The translations under genes were made by a program, and so were the position numbers. Positions 9,760 to 19,809 of a stretch of 64,000 bases of DNA are shown piece by piece. The notes under the pieces were generated by a model that was given only the letters and a program-made list of their open reading frames with translations, was not told where the DNA came from and did not search any database. The DNA comes from Abditibacteriaceae bacterium. GTDB taxonomy: Bacteria; Armatimonadota; Abditibacteriia; Abditibacteriales; Abditibacteriaceae. How positions within the stretch are numbered: position 1 is the stretch's first letter; every line of letters starts with the position of its first letter. The stretch lies in assembly GCA_965277285.1 (NCBI GenBank), contig OZ255721.1, positions 2,688,001-2,752,000 of the forward strand, in the 5' to 3' direction.

Positions 9760-10580
9760 ACGCTTGTGCGCTGAACGCTCGCGCGCTGATTCCTACGCAC
9801 GACATCTTGTTCATCACGCTGGATACCTTGCGTTATGATGTGGCGCAGGAATCCTGGCGCGATGGCGAAACGCCGAACTTCGCTCGTCTTCTGCCGCGCG
9901 ATGGTTGGGAAGAGCGCCACTCGCCCGCTTCGTTCACGTATGCGGCTCATCAGGCGTTTTTCGCGGGGTTTTTGCCGACGTCCGCAAACCCTGACCATGT
10001 GCGCGACGCGCGACTTTTCGCCTGCCGCTTTGAGGGCAGCGAAACTACGGGTGAAGAAACCTGCGTTGTGGATGCGCCCGAAATTGTTTCGGGTTTGGCG
10101 GCGTTAGGTTATCACACGATTTGCATCGGCGGCGTCGGGTTTTTCAACAGGCAAACGCCGCTGGGTTGCGTGTTGCCCGCTTTGTTCCGCGAAAGTTATT
10201 GGTCGCCGCAAATGGGCGTGACAAGCGTTCATTCGACCGAACATCAGGTGCAAGCGGCGCTGGAATCTTTGGCGCGTTTGCGCGATGAGCAGCCAGTTTT
10301 TCTGTTTTTGAATGTGTCGGCGCTGCATCAGCCGAATTGTATTTTTTCGCGCGGCGCGACATTCGATTCCGTCCAAACGCAAAAAGCCGCTTTGCGCTAT
10401 GTTGATGAGCATCTGCCGCCGTTGTTTAGCGCCATGCAAAAACGGCGTCCCGTGTTGGCGATAGTTTGCTCCGATCATGGCACGGCGTATGGCGAAGACG
10501 GTTATCGCGGCCATCGCCTGGCGCATCGCGTGGTGTGGACGGTGCCTTACGCCGAACTTGTGTTGCCCCAAATCTTATGA
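9753..10580 (+). CDS. STM4013-like alkaline phosphatase/sulfatase-fold hydrolase
   Basis: ILFITLDTLRYD, SFTYAAH, CSDHGTAYGEDGY.GH. Confidence 0.82.
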   Translation: MLNACALNARALIPTHDILFITLDTLRYDVAQESWRDGETPNFARLLPRDGWEERHSPASFTYAAHQAFFAGFLPTSANPDHVRDARLFACRFEGSETTGEETCVVDAPEIVSGLAALGYHTICIGGVGFFNRQTPLGCVLPALFRESYWSPQMGVTSVHSTEHQVQAALESLARLRDEQPVFLFLNVSALHQPNCIFSRGATFDSVQTQKAALRYVDEHLPPLFSAMQKRRPVLAIVCSDHGTAYGEDGYRGHRLAHRVVWTVPYAELVLPQIL

Positions 10581-11917
10581 ACGCGACGCTTTCTTTGCTT
10601 TCCCTCGCGCAATGGCTGGAACAAACGCCGTATGCGTCCTACGCTTATTCGTATCCGCATAAGACAGCGTATCGTCCGCTGGAGCCGTCGGTTTCCTTGC
10701 GCGATGTGTGGGCGTGGGAGCGGCGTGACGCGTTGTTTTTGTATCTTCATGTGCCGTTTTGCGAAATGCGTTGCGGCTTTTGTAACCTGTTTACGAGTGT
10801 TCAGCATCGCTCTGAGGGCGAAATCGAGTACTCGAATGCGCTCGAACGTCAGGCGCGACGCGTGCGCGAAGCCCTTGGCGCGGCGACTTTCGCGCGCCTG
10901 GCGATTGGCGGCGGAACACCGACCTTTTTGCCGCCCGCAGGTTTGCACCGACTTTTCGACATCGCCGAAAACATCTTTGAATGCGATCCGCACGCGGTTC
11001 CGGTTTCGGTCGAAGTTTCGCCGCTGACAGCGACAAGCGAAAAGCTGGCAGTTTTGCATGAACGCGGCGCCGACCGCATCAGCATTGGCGTGCAAAGTTT
11101 TCTGGAAGAGGAAGTGCAGGCGGCGGGACGACCTCAAAAAACCAGCGATGTCGAAGCGGCGCTGCGACGCATCCGCGACATGGGTTGCCCGACGCTCAAC
11201 ATCGACTTGATGTATGGCTTGCCCGGCCAGACCATCCAAAGTTGGCTGTTTTCGCTGGAGCGCGCTCTGCATTTTGCGCCGGAAGAGATTTATCTTTATC
11301 CCTTGTATGTGCGCCCTTTGACGGGCATCAGCCGCCGCAATTTGTTGCCACAAGCCGATATTCGCCTGGAATGTTATCGCGTTGCGCGCGATTTGCTTTT
11401 ATCGCGCGGCTATCGCCAGGTTTCGATGCGAATGTTTCAGGCGGCGCGCTCGACTTCAAACGCCGGGCCGGTTTATTGTTGCCAGCAAGATGGCCTGATC
11501 GGTCTGGGTTGCGGCGCGCGTTCTTACACGCAATCGCTGCATTATTCGACGGAATATGCGGTCGGTGCGTCCGGCGTGCGCGATATTATCGCTGATTACA
11601 TCGCGCGCTCCGACACAGCGTTCGATTTCGCTGATTACGGTTTTCAGTTGGACGAAGAAGAACAGCGGCGTCGCTCGCTTTTGCAATCGTTGCTGCAAGT
11701 CGAAGGCTTGAACTTTCAGCAGTATCGTGGGCAATTTGGCAGCGATGTGTGGCAGGATGTGCCGCAGTTGAACGAATTGGTGGAGTGCGGTTTGGCCGAG
11801 CGCACAGCAGACACTTTACGCTTGAACGCGGCGGGAATCGAGTACTCGGATGTGATCGGGCCGTGGCTCGCGTCGAACGTGGTGCGCCGCAAAATGGCGG
11901 CGTTTTCTCTGCAATGA
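10577..11917 (+). CDS. STM4012-like HemN-type radical SAM protein
   Basis: LYLHVPFCEMRCGFC (CxxxCxxC), GGGTPT, RISIGVQS, NIDLMYGLPGQ. Confidence 0.88.
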   Translation: MNATLSLLSLAQWLEQTPYASYAYSYPHKTAYRPLEPSVSLRDVWAWERRDALFLYLHVPFCEMRCGFCNLFTSVQHRSEGEIEYSNALERQARRVREALGAATFARLAIGGGTPTFLPPAGLHRLFDIAENIFECDPHAVPVSVEVSPLTATSEKLAVLHERGADRISIGVQSFLEEEVQAAGRPQKTSDVEAALRRIRDMGCPTLNIDLMYGLPGQTIQSWLFSLERALHFAPEEIYLYPLYVRPLTGISRRNLLPQADIRLECYRVARDLLLSRGYRQVSMRMFQAARSTSNAGPVYCCQQDGLIGLGCGARSYTQSLHYSTEYAVGASGVRDIIADYIARSDTAFDFADYGFQLDEEEQRRRSLLQSLLQVEGLNFQQYRGQFGSDVWQDVPQLNELVECGLAERTADTLRLNAAGIEYSDVIGPWLASNVVRRKMAAFSLQ

Positions 11918-12765
11918 AACTTTCGGTTCTTTATCGCGGGCCTTTGTCGTCCTGCAACTACGGCTGCGATTATTGCCCTTTCGCCAAGCACGCCGAAAGC
12001 GACGCAGAACACGCAACAGACGCTTTGGCTTTGGGTCGCTTCGTCGATTGGGTCGAAAATCAGCGCGAACACCAGATCAGCGTATTTTTTACGCCGTGGG
12101 GCGAGGCTTTGATTCGCCAGCGCTATCAACGCGCTCTGGTGCGATTGACCAATTTGCCCAACGTGGAAAAAACTGCCATCCAAACCAACGGTTCATGCCG
12201 TCTCGATTGGGTCGAAGAATGCGACAAAGCGCGTCTGGGTTTGTGGGTGACGTATCATCCGTCGCAAACGTCGCGCGCTCGCTTTGTGGCGAAGTGCGAA
12301 GAAATGGCGCGGCGCGATGTGCGTTTCAGCGTCGGCGTGGTCGGTTTGCGCGAACACAAAGACGAAATCGCCGCCTTGCGCCGCGAACTTCCACGCGAAA
12401 TTTATTTGTGGGTGAACGCCTTCAAGCGCGAGAACAATTATTACAACGCTGAGGATGTTCGTTTTTTAGAAGCAATTGATCTGCTTTTCGGTTTCAATAA
12501 TCAGCGTCACGCGAGTTTGGGGCGCGATTGCCGAACCGGACAAAGCGTTGTTTCTGTTGACGGCGACGGCACGATGCGACGCTGCCACTTCGTCAAAACG
12601 CCGATAGGAAACATCTACGATGCGAATTGGGAAAGTGCGCTGCAAACGCGCTCGTGCCCAAACATTTCTTGCGGATGTCATATCGGCTATGTCCACATGA
12701 ACGATTTGCCGCTTTACGAAACCTTCGGAAATGGCATTCTCGAACGCATTCCGCATCAACTTTAG
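11914..12765 (+). CDS. STM4011-like radical SAM protein
   Basis: SCNYGCDYCPF plus C-terminal Cys-rich region; ATGA overlap with the upstream gene. Confidence 0.85.
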   Translation: MKLSVLYRGPLSSCNYGCDYCPFAKHAESDAEHATDALALGRFVDWVENQREHQISVFFTPWGEALIRQRYQRALVRLTNLPNVEKTAIQTNGSCRLDWVEECDKARLGLWVTYHPSQTSRARFVAKCEEMARRDVRFSVGVVGLREHKDEIAALRRELPREIYLWVNAFKRENNYYNAEDVRFLEAIDLLFGFNNQRHASLGRDCRTGQSVVSVDGDGTMRRCHFVKTPIGNIYDANWESALQTRSCPNISCGCHIGYVHMNDLPLYETFGNGILERIPHQL

Positions 12766-12766
12766 A

Positions 12767-12862
12767 TTGATTCCGTTAACGAACCCTGAGCGTCAGCGAC
12801 GGGTCTCCGCCAAATCTTCACAAGACCCGTCGCTGACGCTCAGGGTTCGTTAACGGAATCAA
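12767..12862. repeat. Long intergenic hairpin with 40-bp perfect arms; family also at 40581-40648 and 61142-61210
   Basis: TTGATTCCGTTAACGAACCCTGAGCGTCAGCGACGGGTCT and its exact reverse complement. Confidence 0.88.
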
Positions 12863-12868
12863 AAGACT

Positions 12869-13519
12869 TTGAGTCCATGCGCGACAATCGAGTACTCGAT
12901 TGCAGGAAAAATTACGACCATTCTCTTTTGCAACGATGTTTTGCAGCCCGCGCAAGTCGATGCGGCGTTCGCGGAAGAAGCGGCAGCCGCGCGACAAAAC
13001 GGTCTGGAAATCGCGTTGCTCGATTTTGAAAAGCTGAACAACGGGCAAGCCGAAGCCGCTTTGCGTCGCGCGCGTTCGCTCCAGGGAAATGTCGTTTATT
13101 GCGGCTGGATGTTGCGTCCCGCCGTTTATGCGCAACTTTTTCAGGCGTTGCAGGAACGCGGCGCCACTCTCATTAACACGCCGCAGCAATATCGTCATTG
13201 CCATTATTTGCCGGAAAGTTACGCAAGTATTGCGCACCAAACGCCGCAAACGGTTTGGCTGCCACTCGTGGACGGAATTGACTTCGATGAAATCGCGGCA
13301 AAATTAGAAATCTTCGGCGACAAGCCGTTGATCGTGAAAGATTACGTCAAGTCACGCAAGCACGAATGGCTCCAGTCGTGCTTCATTCCGTGCGCTGATG
13401 ACCGCGCCGAAGTCGAGCGCGTAGTGCGTAATTTCGTCGAAGGTCAGGGCGAAAGTTTGAACGAAGGTTTGGTGTTCCGCGAGTTTGTGCCTCTGCGTTC
13501 GGTCGGAAGTCACGCTTAG
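12869..13519 (+). pseudogene. ATP-grasp domain protein truncated at the IS left end; start uncertain
   Basis: Y.GWML, CHYLPESY, LIVKDYVKSRKHEW, GLVFREFV; the stop codon is formed at the IS junction and no continuation is seen beyond the IS. Confidence 0.75.
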
Positions 13520-14375
13520 AGGGTGTATAGGAAAGGGTTAGACTTACATTTATGAAACGCCAGAGCTATCCCAGTGATTTGAGCGAGGCACAATGGCAAG
13601 TGCTGCGCCCTTTGATCGAGCCACAGCGTGCGCGCGGTACGCGCAGGCTTTACGCCCAACGCGAGATCGTCAACGCTTTGTTGTATCAGTTGACCAACGG
13701 CTGCTCGTGGCGTGCTTTGCCTCACGATTTTCCGCCTTACACTGTGGTTTGGTATCACTTCCGGCGCTGGCGTGACAACGGCACTCTCGAAGGTATCCAC
13801 AGTTCGTTGCGTTCTCAAGTGCGCCAGGCCGATGGACGGGATGAGGCGCCCAGCGCAGCGATTCTGGACAGCCAGAGCGTCAAAACCACAGAAAAAGGGG
13901 GCCAAAAGGCTTTGATGCAGCCAAGAAAATAAAAGGGCGCAAGCGTCATATTCTGGTGGATACCAACGGCTTGTTGTTGCAAGTGTGTGTTCATGCTGCC
14001 AACGTTCAAGAGCGTGACGGAGCCAAATTACTTTTGCAAGACAAAGCCCTGTGGCGCTTTCCTTCACAACGTTTGCAGTTGATTTGGGCGGATGCAGGCT
14101 ACTGGGGACACAAGTTCGCGGCTTGGGTGCGAGAAAACTGTGGCGTTGCGCTCCGAGTGATAAGCCGCAATGCCCTGGTGAACCGTCAATATGAAAACAA
14201 AGGCTACGTGCCGTTGCCGCGTCGCTGGGTTGTCGAAAGAACTTTTGCATGGTTGGGAAGATGTCGAAGGCTTTCAAAAGACTATGAGCAAAATGTCAAA
14301 TCAAGTGAAACCTGGATTTATCTCGCCATGATCCGGCTTATGCTCCGAAGGCTTGCGTGATTCCTATACACCCTC
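13519..14375 (+). mobile_element. IS5-family insertion sequence (IS1031-like), 857 bp
   Basis: 15-bp perfect terminal IRs GAGGGTGTATAGGAA / TTCCTATACACCCTC, flanked by TTA (left) and TGA (right). Confidence 0.92.
13552..14360 (+). CDS. IS5-family DDE transposase in two ORFs joined by a probable -1 frameshift
   Basis: YPSDLS..QW and ILDSQSVK, then in the -1 frame [46 protein letters not shown] run at the junction (about 13892-13901). Confidence 0.88.
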
Positions 14376-14378
14376 TGA

Positions 14379-14516
14379 GAGGATGTATAGAAAGTCAAAA
14401 AGGGGCTACCAAAAGCCGTCAAACTCGCAGTTTGTCATTCTGAGTAAAACGAAGAATCTAACATCAAGCCAGATTCTTCGCTGCGCTCAGAATGACACAG
14501 TGCGAGTTTGGCGGCT
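14379..14516. repeat. IS-end-like sequence followed by a TGTC-tagged REP doublet (MITE-like)
   Basis: GAGGATGTATAGAAAG then TGTCATTCTGAG...GAAGAATCT...AGATTCTTCGCTGCGCTCAGAATGACA; similar arrangement at 25966-26146. Confidence 0.75.
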
Positions 14517-14559
14517 CTTCTTTCACTCTTTTCTTCTCTGCGACTCGGCGTCTCTGCGG

Positions 14560-15450
14560 TTAATTTTCTTCGTTCAAAAGTTCCCGCGCGTGTTCGCGCA
14601 ACGCTGCGCCGTGAACTGGATCAACGAGAGCGAATTCGAGAAACGCTTTGTAATAGCTGGCAAAGTTGCCGATGTCGTAGCGTTTTTCGCCTGGCGGCAA
14701 GACGATTCCGAGTACTCGTTCGCCGTTTTGAATCAACCAACGCATCGCGTCGGTCAGTTGGATTTCGCCGCCCGCGCCCGCTTTTGTGGCGCGCAAGGCA
14801 TCATAAATCGCGGGTGAGAAAACGTAACGCCCCATAATCGCCAAACGCGAGGGCGCTTGTTCGCGCGAGGGTTTCTCGATCAGGTCGCGCAATGAGAAGA
14901 ACGCGCCGTCGGTTTTCCCCTGTGGCGCCGCGATGCCGTAGCGCGACACTTCCTCTTCTGCCACTTCGCCAAATGCGACGACCGCAGCGCAGTTTTCGCG
15001 TTCAAATACATCGCACATCTGCGCCAAAGTTGTACTTTCGCCAAATCGTCCCAAGACCGAATCGCCCAGCGCGACAGCGAAAGGTTCGTTTCGCGTAAAC
15101 GGTTCACCATGTAAAATCGCGTCGCCCAGACCGCGTTGCTGATGTTGACGCGTCGAGGAAATTTGGACGCGCCATAACTCTTCGAGTACTCGAATCGCTT
15201 CGCCTTTGCCACTCGCGCGCATATATCTCACCAGTTCGGGCGACAAATCGAAATGGTCTTCAATCGCGCTTTTCCCTTCGCTTGTGACGAAAAGAAGCTG
15301 GTCGAAATTGTTGCGCGCCAATTCTTCGACGACCCATTGAATGACAGGGGCGCGTCCGACAGGCAGCATTTCTTTGGGAATGGCGTGCGACAAGGGCAAC
15401 ATTCGCGTGCCCAGTCCGGCGACGGGAACCACAGCGTGATGAATCGGCAT
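14560..15450 (-). CDS. galU: UTP--glucose-1-phosphate uridylyltransferase
   Basis: PVAGLGTRMLP...PKEMLP, GLGDAI, IEKP, GEIQLTDA. Confidence 0.9.
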   Translation of the reverse strand: MPIHHAVVPVAGLGTRMLPLSHAIPKEMLPVGRAPVIQWVVEELARNNFDQLLFVTSEGKSAIEDHFDLSPELVRYMRASGKGEAIRVLEELWRVQISSTRQHQQRGLGDAILHGEPFTRNEPFAVALGDSVLGRFGESTTLAQMCDVFERENCAAVVAFGEVAEEEVSRYGIAAPQGKTDGAFFSLRDLIEKPSREQAPSRLAIMGRYVFSPAIYDALRATKAGAGGEIQLTDAMRWLIQNGERVLGIVLPPGEKRYDIGNFASYYKAFLEFALVDPVHGAALREHARELLNEEN

Positions 15451-15529
15451 GGGTTATTTGTATCACAGGCGCGGCGAGTTGCGACAGGTTTTTTCGCAGT
15501 TGTTGGGAGCACTTGTTAAAATAGGTGTA

Positions 15530-16690
15530 GTGACTTCCGATAACTTTTCTCTTCAAAACACGACGCACGACACTTCGCACTGGGACAATTTCGTGGCCGC
15601 TTCGCCCTTCGGCGACGTGATGCAATGTCTCGAATGGGGCGAAGTCAAACGCCCCGACTGGCGACCGATTCCGCTCGCAATCGAGGAAAACGGCGCCTTC
15701 AAAGCGACGGCGCTGGTTCTCAAGCGCTCTTTGCCGCGCACGGGACGCTCGATTTTATACGTTCCGCGCGGCCCGATTCTCGACTGGAATGACCGCGACG
15801 CGGCACGCGCCATCGTCAACAAATTGAAGGCTCTGGCACGCGCGCATCGCGCTATTCTGATTAAAATCGATCCCGCTGTGCCATCGAGTACTCGATTTCA
15901 AGGCGCCAGTCTCGATGTGACGTTACGTGAATTAGGTTTCGCACCTTCGCCCGACGCCGATAACGGTTTTGGCGGGACGCAACCGCGCTGCGTGATGAAA
16001 CTTGATGTTGCGGGCACAACAGACGAAGTGCAGGCGCGCTTTCATCAGAAGTGGCGTTATAACATTCGCTTGTCGGCGAAAAGAGGCGTCGTCGTCAAAA
16101 GCGATTGCACGCGCGACGACCTCAAAATCTTCCACGAACTATATCGTGTCACAGCCGAGCGCGACGGTTTCGTGGGACGGCCTTTGCGCTATTTCGAACA
16201 GATGATGGACGCGCTCGAACCCCAAGGTCTGGCGAAATTGTTCCTCACTTATCTGGGTGATAAACCGCTTTCAGGCGCGATCTGTTTTCTGCTGCCGCCG
16301 CAATGCTGGTATGTCTACGGCGCGAGTTCCAACGAAGAACGCAAAGTGATGCCGAACCACGCGATGCAATGGGCGATGATGCAATGGGCGCGCGAAAAGG
16401 GCTGCACGATTTACGATTTTCGCGGCGTCGCCGATGAAGGCAAAAGCTCAACTCCATCTCCGCCACTTCCCCTCGAAGAAGGGAAGGGAGAACAAACTTC
16501 CGATGGCGCCGAAAAGAACGAAAAAAGCGCGCATTTGCTGGGATTGAATCGTTTCAAGGAAGGTTTCGGCGCCGAGTTGGTCGATTACATTGGCGAATAC
16601 GACATGGTTCTCAGCCCGGCGTGGTATTACGTGTGGACAAACGCGCGCCCGAAAATTGTCGCCACTTTGAAGAAACGTCGCAAATTGTAG
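15530..16690 (+). CDS. FemABX-family lipid II aminoacyl-tRNA transferase (start approximate)
   Basis: Q..EWGEVK, YVPRGP, KWRYNIR, YVYGASS, YDFRG, GLNRFKEGFG. Confidence 0.88.
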   Translation: MTSDNFSLQNTTHDTSHWDNFVAASPFGDVMQCLEWGEVKRPDWRPIPLAIEENGAFKATALVLKRSLPRTGRSILYVPRGPILDWNDRDAARAIVNKLKALARAHRAILIKIDPAVPSSTRFQGASLDVTLRELGFAPSPDADNGFGGTQPRCVMKLDVAGTTDEVQARFHQKWRYNIRLSAKRGVVVKSDCTRDDLKIFHELYRVTAERDGFVGRPLRYFEQMMDALEPQGLAKLFLTYLGDKPLSGAICFLLPPQCWYVYGASSNEERKVMPNHAMQWAMMQWAREKGCTIYDFRGVADEGKSSTPSPPLPLEEGKGEQTSDGAEKNEKSAHLLGLNRFKEGFGAELVDYIGEYDMVLSPAWYYVWTNARPKIVATLKKRRKL

Positions 16691-16765
16691 GGGCGAAGCA
16701 TGCTTCGCCCGAATGTTTGAGTACTCGATTGCGTGACAACGGGCGAGGCAGCGCTTCGCCCCTAC
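16687..16765. repeat. GTAG-tagged REP doublet
   Basis: GTAGGGGCGAAGCATGCTTCGCCC ... GGGCGAGGCAGCGCTTCGCCCCTAC. Confidence 0.8.
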
Positions 16766-16769
16766 AAAT

Positions 16770-17957
16770 ATGCTTATCAATCATCAAGAAACGCTGGACG
16801 CCTTGTGCGCCAAATTGAAAACGGCGAACGCGCCGCTTTGCATCGACACCGAATTCATTTCCGAAAAACGCTATTACGCGCAACTTTGCCTGGTTCAAAT
16901 CGGTTGCGAAACGTCAGGCGGAAACATCGAAGCGCTGGTTGATCCGTTCGCCGTCGATTTGAAACCGTTGCTCGATTTGATGGCCGATGCTTCAATCGAG
17001 AAAATCGTTCATGCGGGCGGACAAGATTTGCAAATTTTCGCCTCGATTTACAACTGTCGCGCGCAAAACGTTTTCGATACGCAAATCGCGGCGGCGTTTT
17101 TGGGTTACGGTCATCAAGCCGGACTCGCCGATTTAGTGAAACGCGTTCTCGACGGGCCGCAATTGTCGAAAAAGTTTCAATTCACCGATTGGGCGGCGCG
17201 ACCTTTGTCGAAAGAACAAAGCGAATACGCGCTCGACGACATTCGTTTTTTGCCGGAATTGCATCGCAAGTTGCTCCGCGAACTGGAAAAACGTGGGCGT
17301 TTAAGCTGGGCCCAAACCGAGTTTCGCCGCGCCGAAACCAAATCGAGTACTCGATTGAGTGACGATGAACTGTTTCGCAAGCTGAACTTGTCGGGAATGT
17401 CGCGGCGCAATCTGGCGGTTTTGCGCGAACTGGCGCAATCGCGCGAAGAATTGGCGCGCTCGATCGACAAGCCGCCTTCGTTCATCGTGCCCGATTTGAG
17501 TTTGCTGCAACTGGCCAAACATCCGCCGAAAACAATGAGCGAATTGCGTTCAACTCGTGGAATGCCAGGAGTTTCGGAAAAACAAGCGCGCATTTTGATC
17601 GAAGGCATCGAACGCGCTTTGTCGTTGAGCGACAACGAGTTACCAACGAAAAACAGCGGCGAGCGTCCTGATCCGCAGTTCGAGGCGGTTGTCGGCTTGC
17701 TGGGAGTTGTCGCCAACGCGCGCGCCGCGGATAACGACATTTCGCGCACTTATCTGGCGCCGCGCGATGATGTTTCGCAGATCGCCAGTTGGTGGCTCAA
17801 GCGCGATGGCAGCGCGACGCCGGAACTTCCCTTGCTTCAGGATTGGCGCCGCGAATTGCTCGGCCAGGAACTTCTCGATTTATTGAGCGGCAAACTCGCG
17901 CTGGTTTTCGACGCGACGCCAAACGCACCCGCGATCCGAGTGACGAACGTCAAATAA
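16770..17957 (+). CDS. rnd: Ribonuclease D
   Basis: IDTEF, LCLVQI, HAGGQD, FDTQIAA, TDW..RPLS, YALDD and HRDC region. Confidence 0.92.
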   Translation: MLINHQETLDALCAKLKTANAPLCIDTEFISEKRYYAQLCLVQIGCETSGGNIEALVDPFAVDLKPLLDLMADASIEKIVHAGGQDLQIFASIYNCRAQNVFDTQIAAAFLGYGHQAGLADLVKRVLDGPQLSKKFQFTDWAARPLSKEQSEYALDDIRFLPELHRKLLRELEKRGRLSWAQTEFRRAETKSSTRLSDDELFRKLNLSGMSRRNLAVLRELAQSREELARSIDKPPSFIVPDLSLLQLAKHPPKTMSELRSTRGMPGVSEKQARILIEGIERALSLSDNELPTKNSGERPDPQFEAVVGLLGVVANARAADNDISRTYLAPRDDVSQIASWWLKRDGSATPELPLLQDWRRELLGQELLDLLSGKLALVFDATPNAPAIRVTNVK

Positions 17958-18064
17958 TGAATGATGAATCCGGAATGATGAATCAGAACGACGTATCGAG
18001 TACTCGATAGTGCTGCGCGACGCTTGAAGCGCATTCATCATTCCGGATTCATCATTTCCCTTTT

Positions 18065-19210
18065 ATGTCTTCCTGCTTCATCGAAATCAACCGCGACGCG
18101 TTGCGCCACAATTTTCGCCAGATTCAAGCTCTGCTTGGCGCACAAACGCGCATTATCGCCGTTATCAAAGCGAACGCGTACGGTCACGGCGCTGTTGAAA
18201 CGGCGCGCGTTTTCTTATCTGAAGGCGCGTCAATGCTCGCGGTGACGCGTTTGGAAGAAGCGATTCCATTGCGCGAAAGCGGAATTACAACGCCAATTTT
18301 GATGTTGACGCCGCCGTTGCCCGAGGAAGAAAGCGCGGCGATTTCGCACGATTTAACGCTTTGCGTCGCGTCATTGGACGATGCGAAACGCGTGTCGCAA
18401 GCGGCCATGAAGCTTAATCAAATGGCGCGCGTGCAACTAAAAATCAACTCGGGAATGAGTCGTCTGGGCGTCGAACCTGAAGAATCCGCGCGCGTGGCGA
18501 CAGAAATCGTCGCTTTGCCAAACATCCGACTTGAAGCCGCCTGGACGCATTTCGCGTTCGCAGCCGAAAGTGACGCATCGAGTACTCGAAACGCATTCGC
18601 ACGTTTTCAAAATGCTGCAGAAGACATCGAAAAAGCGACGGGCATTTCCAATTTTCATTGCGCCAATTCCGCCGCGACGTTGCGCTTTCCTGAAATGCGA
18701 TTGAACGCCGTTCGTCCCGGAACGATTTTATACGGTCAATTTCCGTCCGATGAAGCGCGCGCGGCGGCCAAAGAAAACGGCGTCGTTTTGCGCGATGGTT
18801 TTCGGGCTTGCACGCGCGTTATTGCGGTTCGTGATGTGAAGCGCGGCCAAACTGTCGGCTACGGCGGCGAATGGAAAGCCGCGCGCGAAGAACGCATTGC
18901 GACACTTGGAATCGGTTATGCCGACGGTTTGACAATGACACCGGACGCGCGCGTGCCGAACGCCAAACGCACGATACAAAACGCGCTCAAGAACGCCGTG
19001 CGCCCGCCGCAACGTTTCGTCAAATATGGAAGTGAGCGCGCACCGATCATCGGTCGCATCGCAATGCAACAATGCTCGATTTTGGCGACGCGCTTGCCGC
19101 AACTTGAAGTCGGCGATGTGGTTGCGGTTTCGATGCGCCGTTTGGCAGCGGGCGCGCATCTGCCGCGCATTTATGTTGACGATGCAGACAGCAACGAACC
19201 CGAAGCATGA
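18065..19210 (+). CDS. alr: Alanine racemase
   Basis: AVIKANAYGHG PLP-lysine motif, SGMSRLG, VGYG, IGYADG. Confidence 0.93.
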   Translation: MSSCFIEINRDALRHNFRQIQALLGAQTRIIAVIKANAYGHGAVETARVFLSEGASMLAVTRLEEAIPLRESGITTPILMLTPPLPEEESAAISHDLTLCVASLDDAKRVSQAAMKLNQMARVQLKINSGMSRLGVEPEESARVATEIVALPNIRLEAAWTHFAFAAESDASSTRNAFARFQNAAEDIEKATGISNFHCANSAATLRFPEMRLNAVRPGTILYGQFPSDEARAAAKENGVVLRDGFRACTRVIAVRDVKRGQTVGYGGEWKAAREERIATLGIGYADGLTMTPDARVPNAKRTIQNALKNAVRPPQRFVKYGSERAPIIGRIAMQQCSILATRLPQLEVGDVVAVSMRRLAAGAHLPRIYVDDADSNEPEA

Positions 19211-19297
19211 GCGCGGGAGATTATTACTTCTATCTTCCTCGCTTACGATTCGGGTTCGTTGGCGCCTGCACCAAAAACAATCGAGTACTCGATACGC

Positions 19298-19333
19298 AAA
19301 AAGCGCCTTCAAACTTTGAATTTGAAGGCGCTT
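19298..19333. terminator. Probable terminator between convergent genes
   Basis: AAGCGCCTTCAAA...TTTGAAGGCGCTT hairpin with adjacent A tract. Confidence 0.6.
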
Positions 19334-19347
19334 GTGCTTTCGATGTT

Positions 19348-19809
19348 TTACGATGCGACTTTGATCATTTCAGCTAAGGAAATCGGCTTGCTGCCGGCGA
19401 CCATCGGATTGGCTTTGGCATAGGCGGCAAACGCTTTGGCGCTCGTCAGCGCATGGTAAGTTTCGGGGCAATAGCGATGGCTGGCTTTTTTCGCCACGAA
19501 CACGACACCGGGAAGGCTCGAAATCCACGCGTCGCCCTTGCGAGAAATCGTGACCCATTTGCCTTTGATTTCGGTCGGCGCCTTGATCGTCAGGTCACCT
19601 TTATATTGGTCGCGGTCGTCCAACGCGCAATAAACGCAGCGGTAAGGAACCGTTTTGCCGCCCGATTTCAGCGTCACCACGTTATCGACTTTGGCGGTGT
19701 TCGCCTCGACCGGCATACTGCAAAGCGGACAATCGGGTTGCGCGGCCAACACGCTTCCACCAGATGCGCCCAACAACAAAGCGGCAATCGCCAACTTTTG
19801 AATCTTCAT
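19348..19809 (-). CDS. Exported hypothetical protein with Cys/Met metal-binding motifs
   Basis: Signal peptide MKIQKLAIAALLLG...VLA; CPLCSM and CVYC motifs. Confidence 0.7.
   Translation of the reverse strand: MKIQKLAIAALLLGASGGSVLAAQPDCPLCSMPVEANTAKVDNVVTLKSGGKTVPYRCVYCALDDRDQYKGDLTIKAPTEIKGKWVTISRKGDAWISSLPGVVFVAKKASHRYCPETYHALTSAKAFAAYAKANPMVAGSKPISLAEMIKVAS

Noticed and set aside
13880..13960. Transposase pseudogene
   Set aside because: The split at an A5G5 run is of the kind seen in frameshifting IS5-family elements, and the IRs are perfect, so inactivation is not supported.
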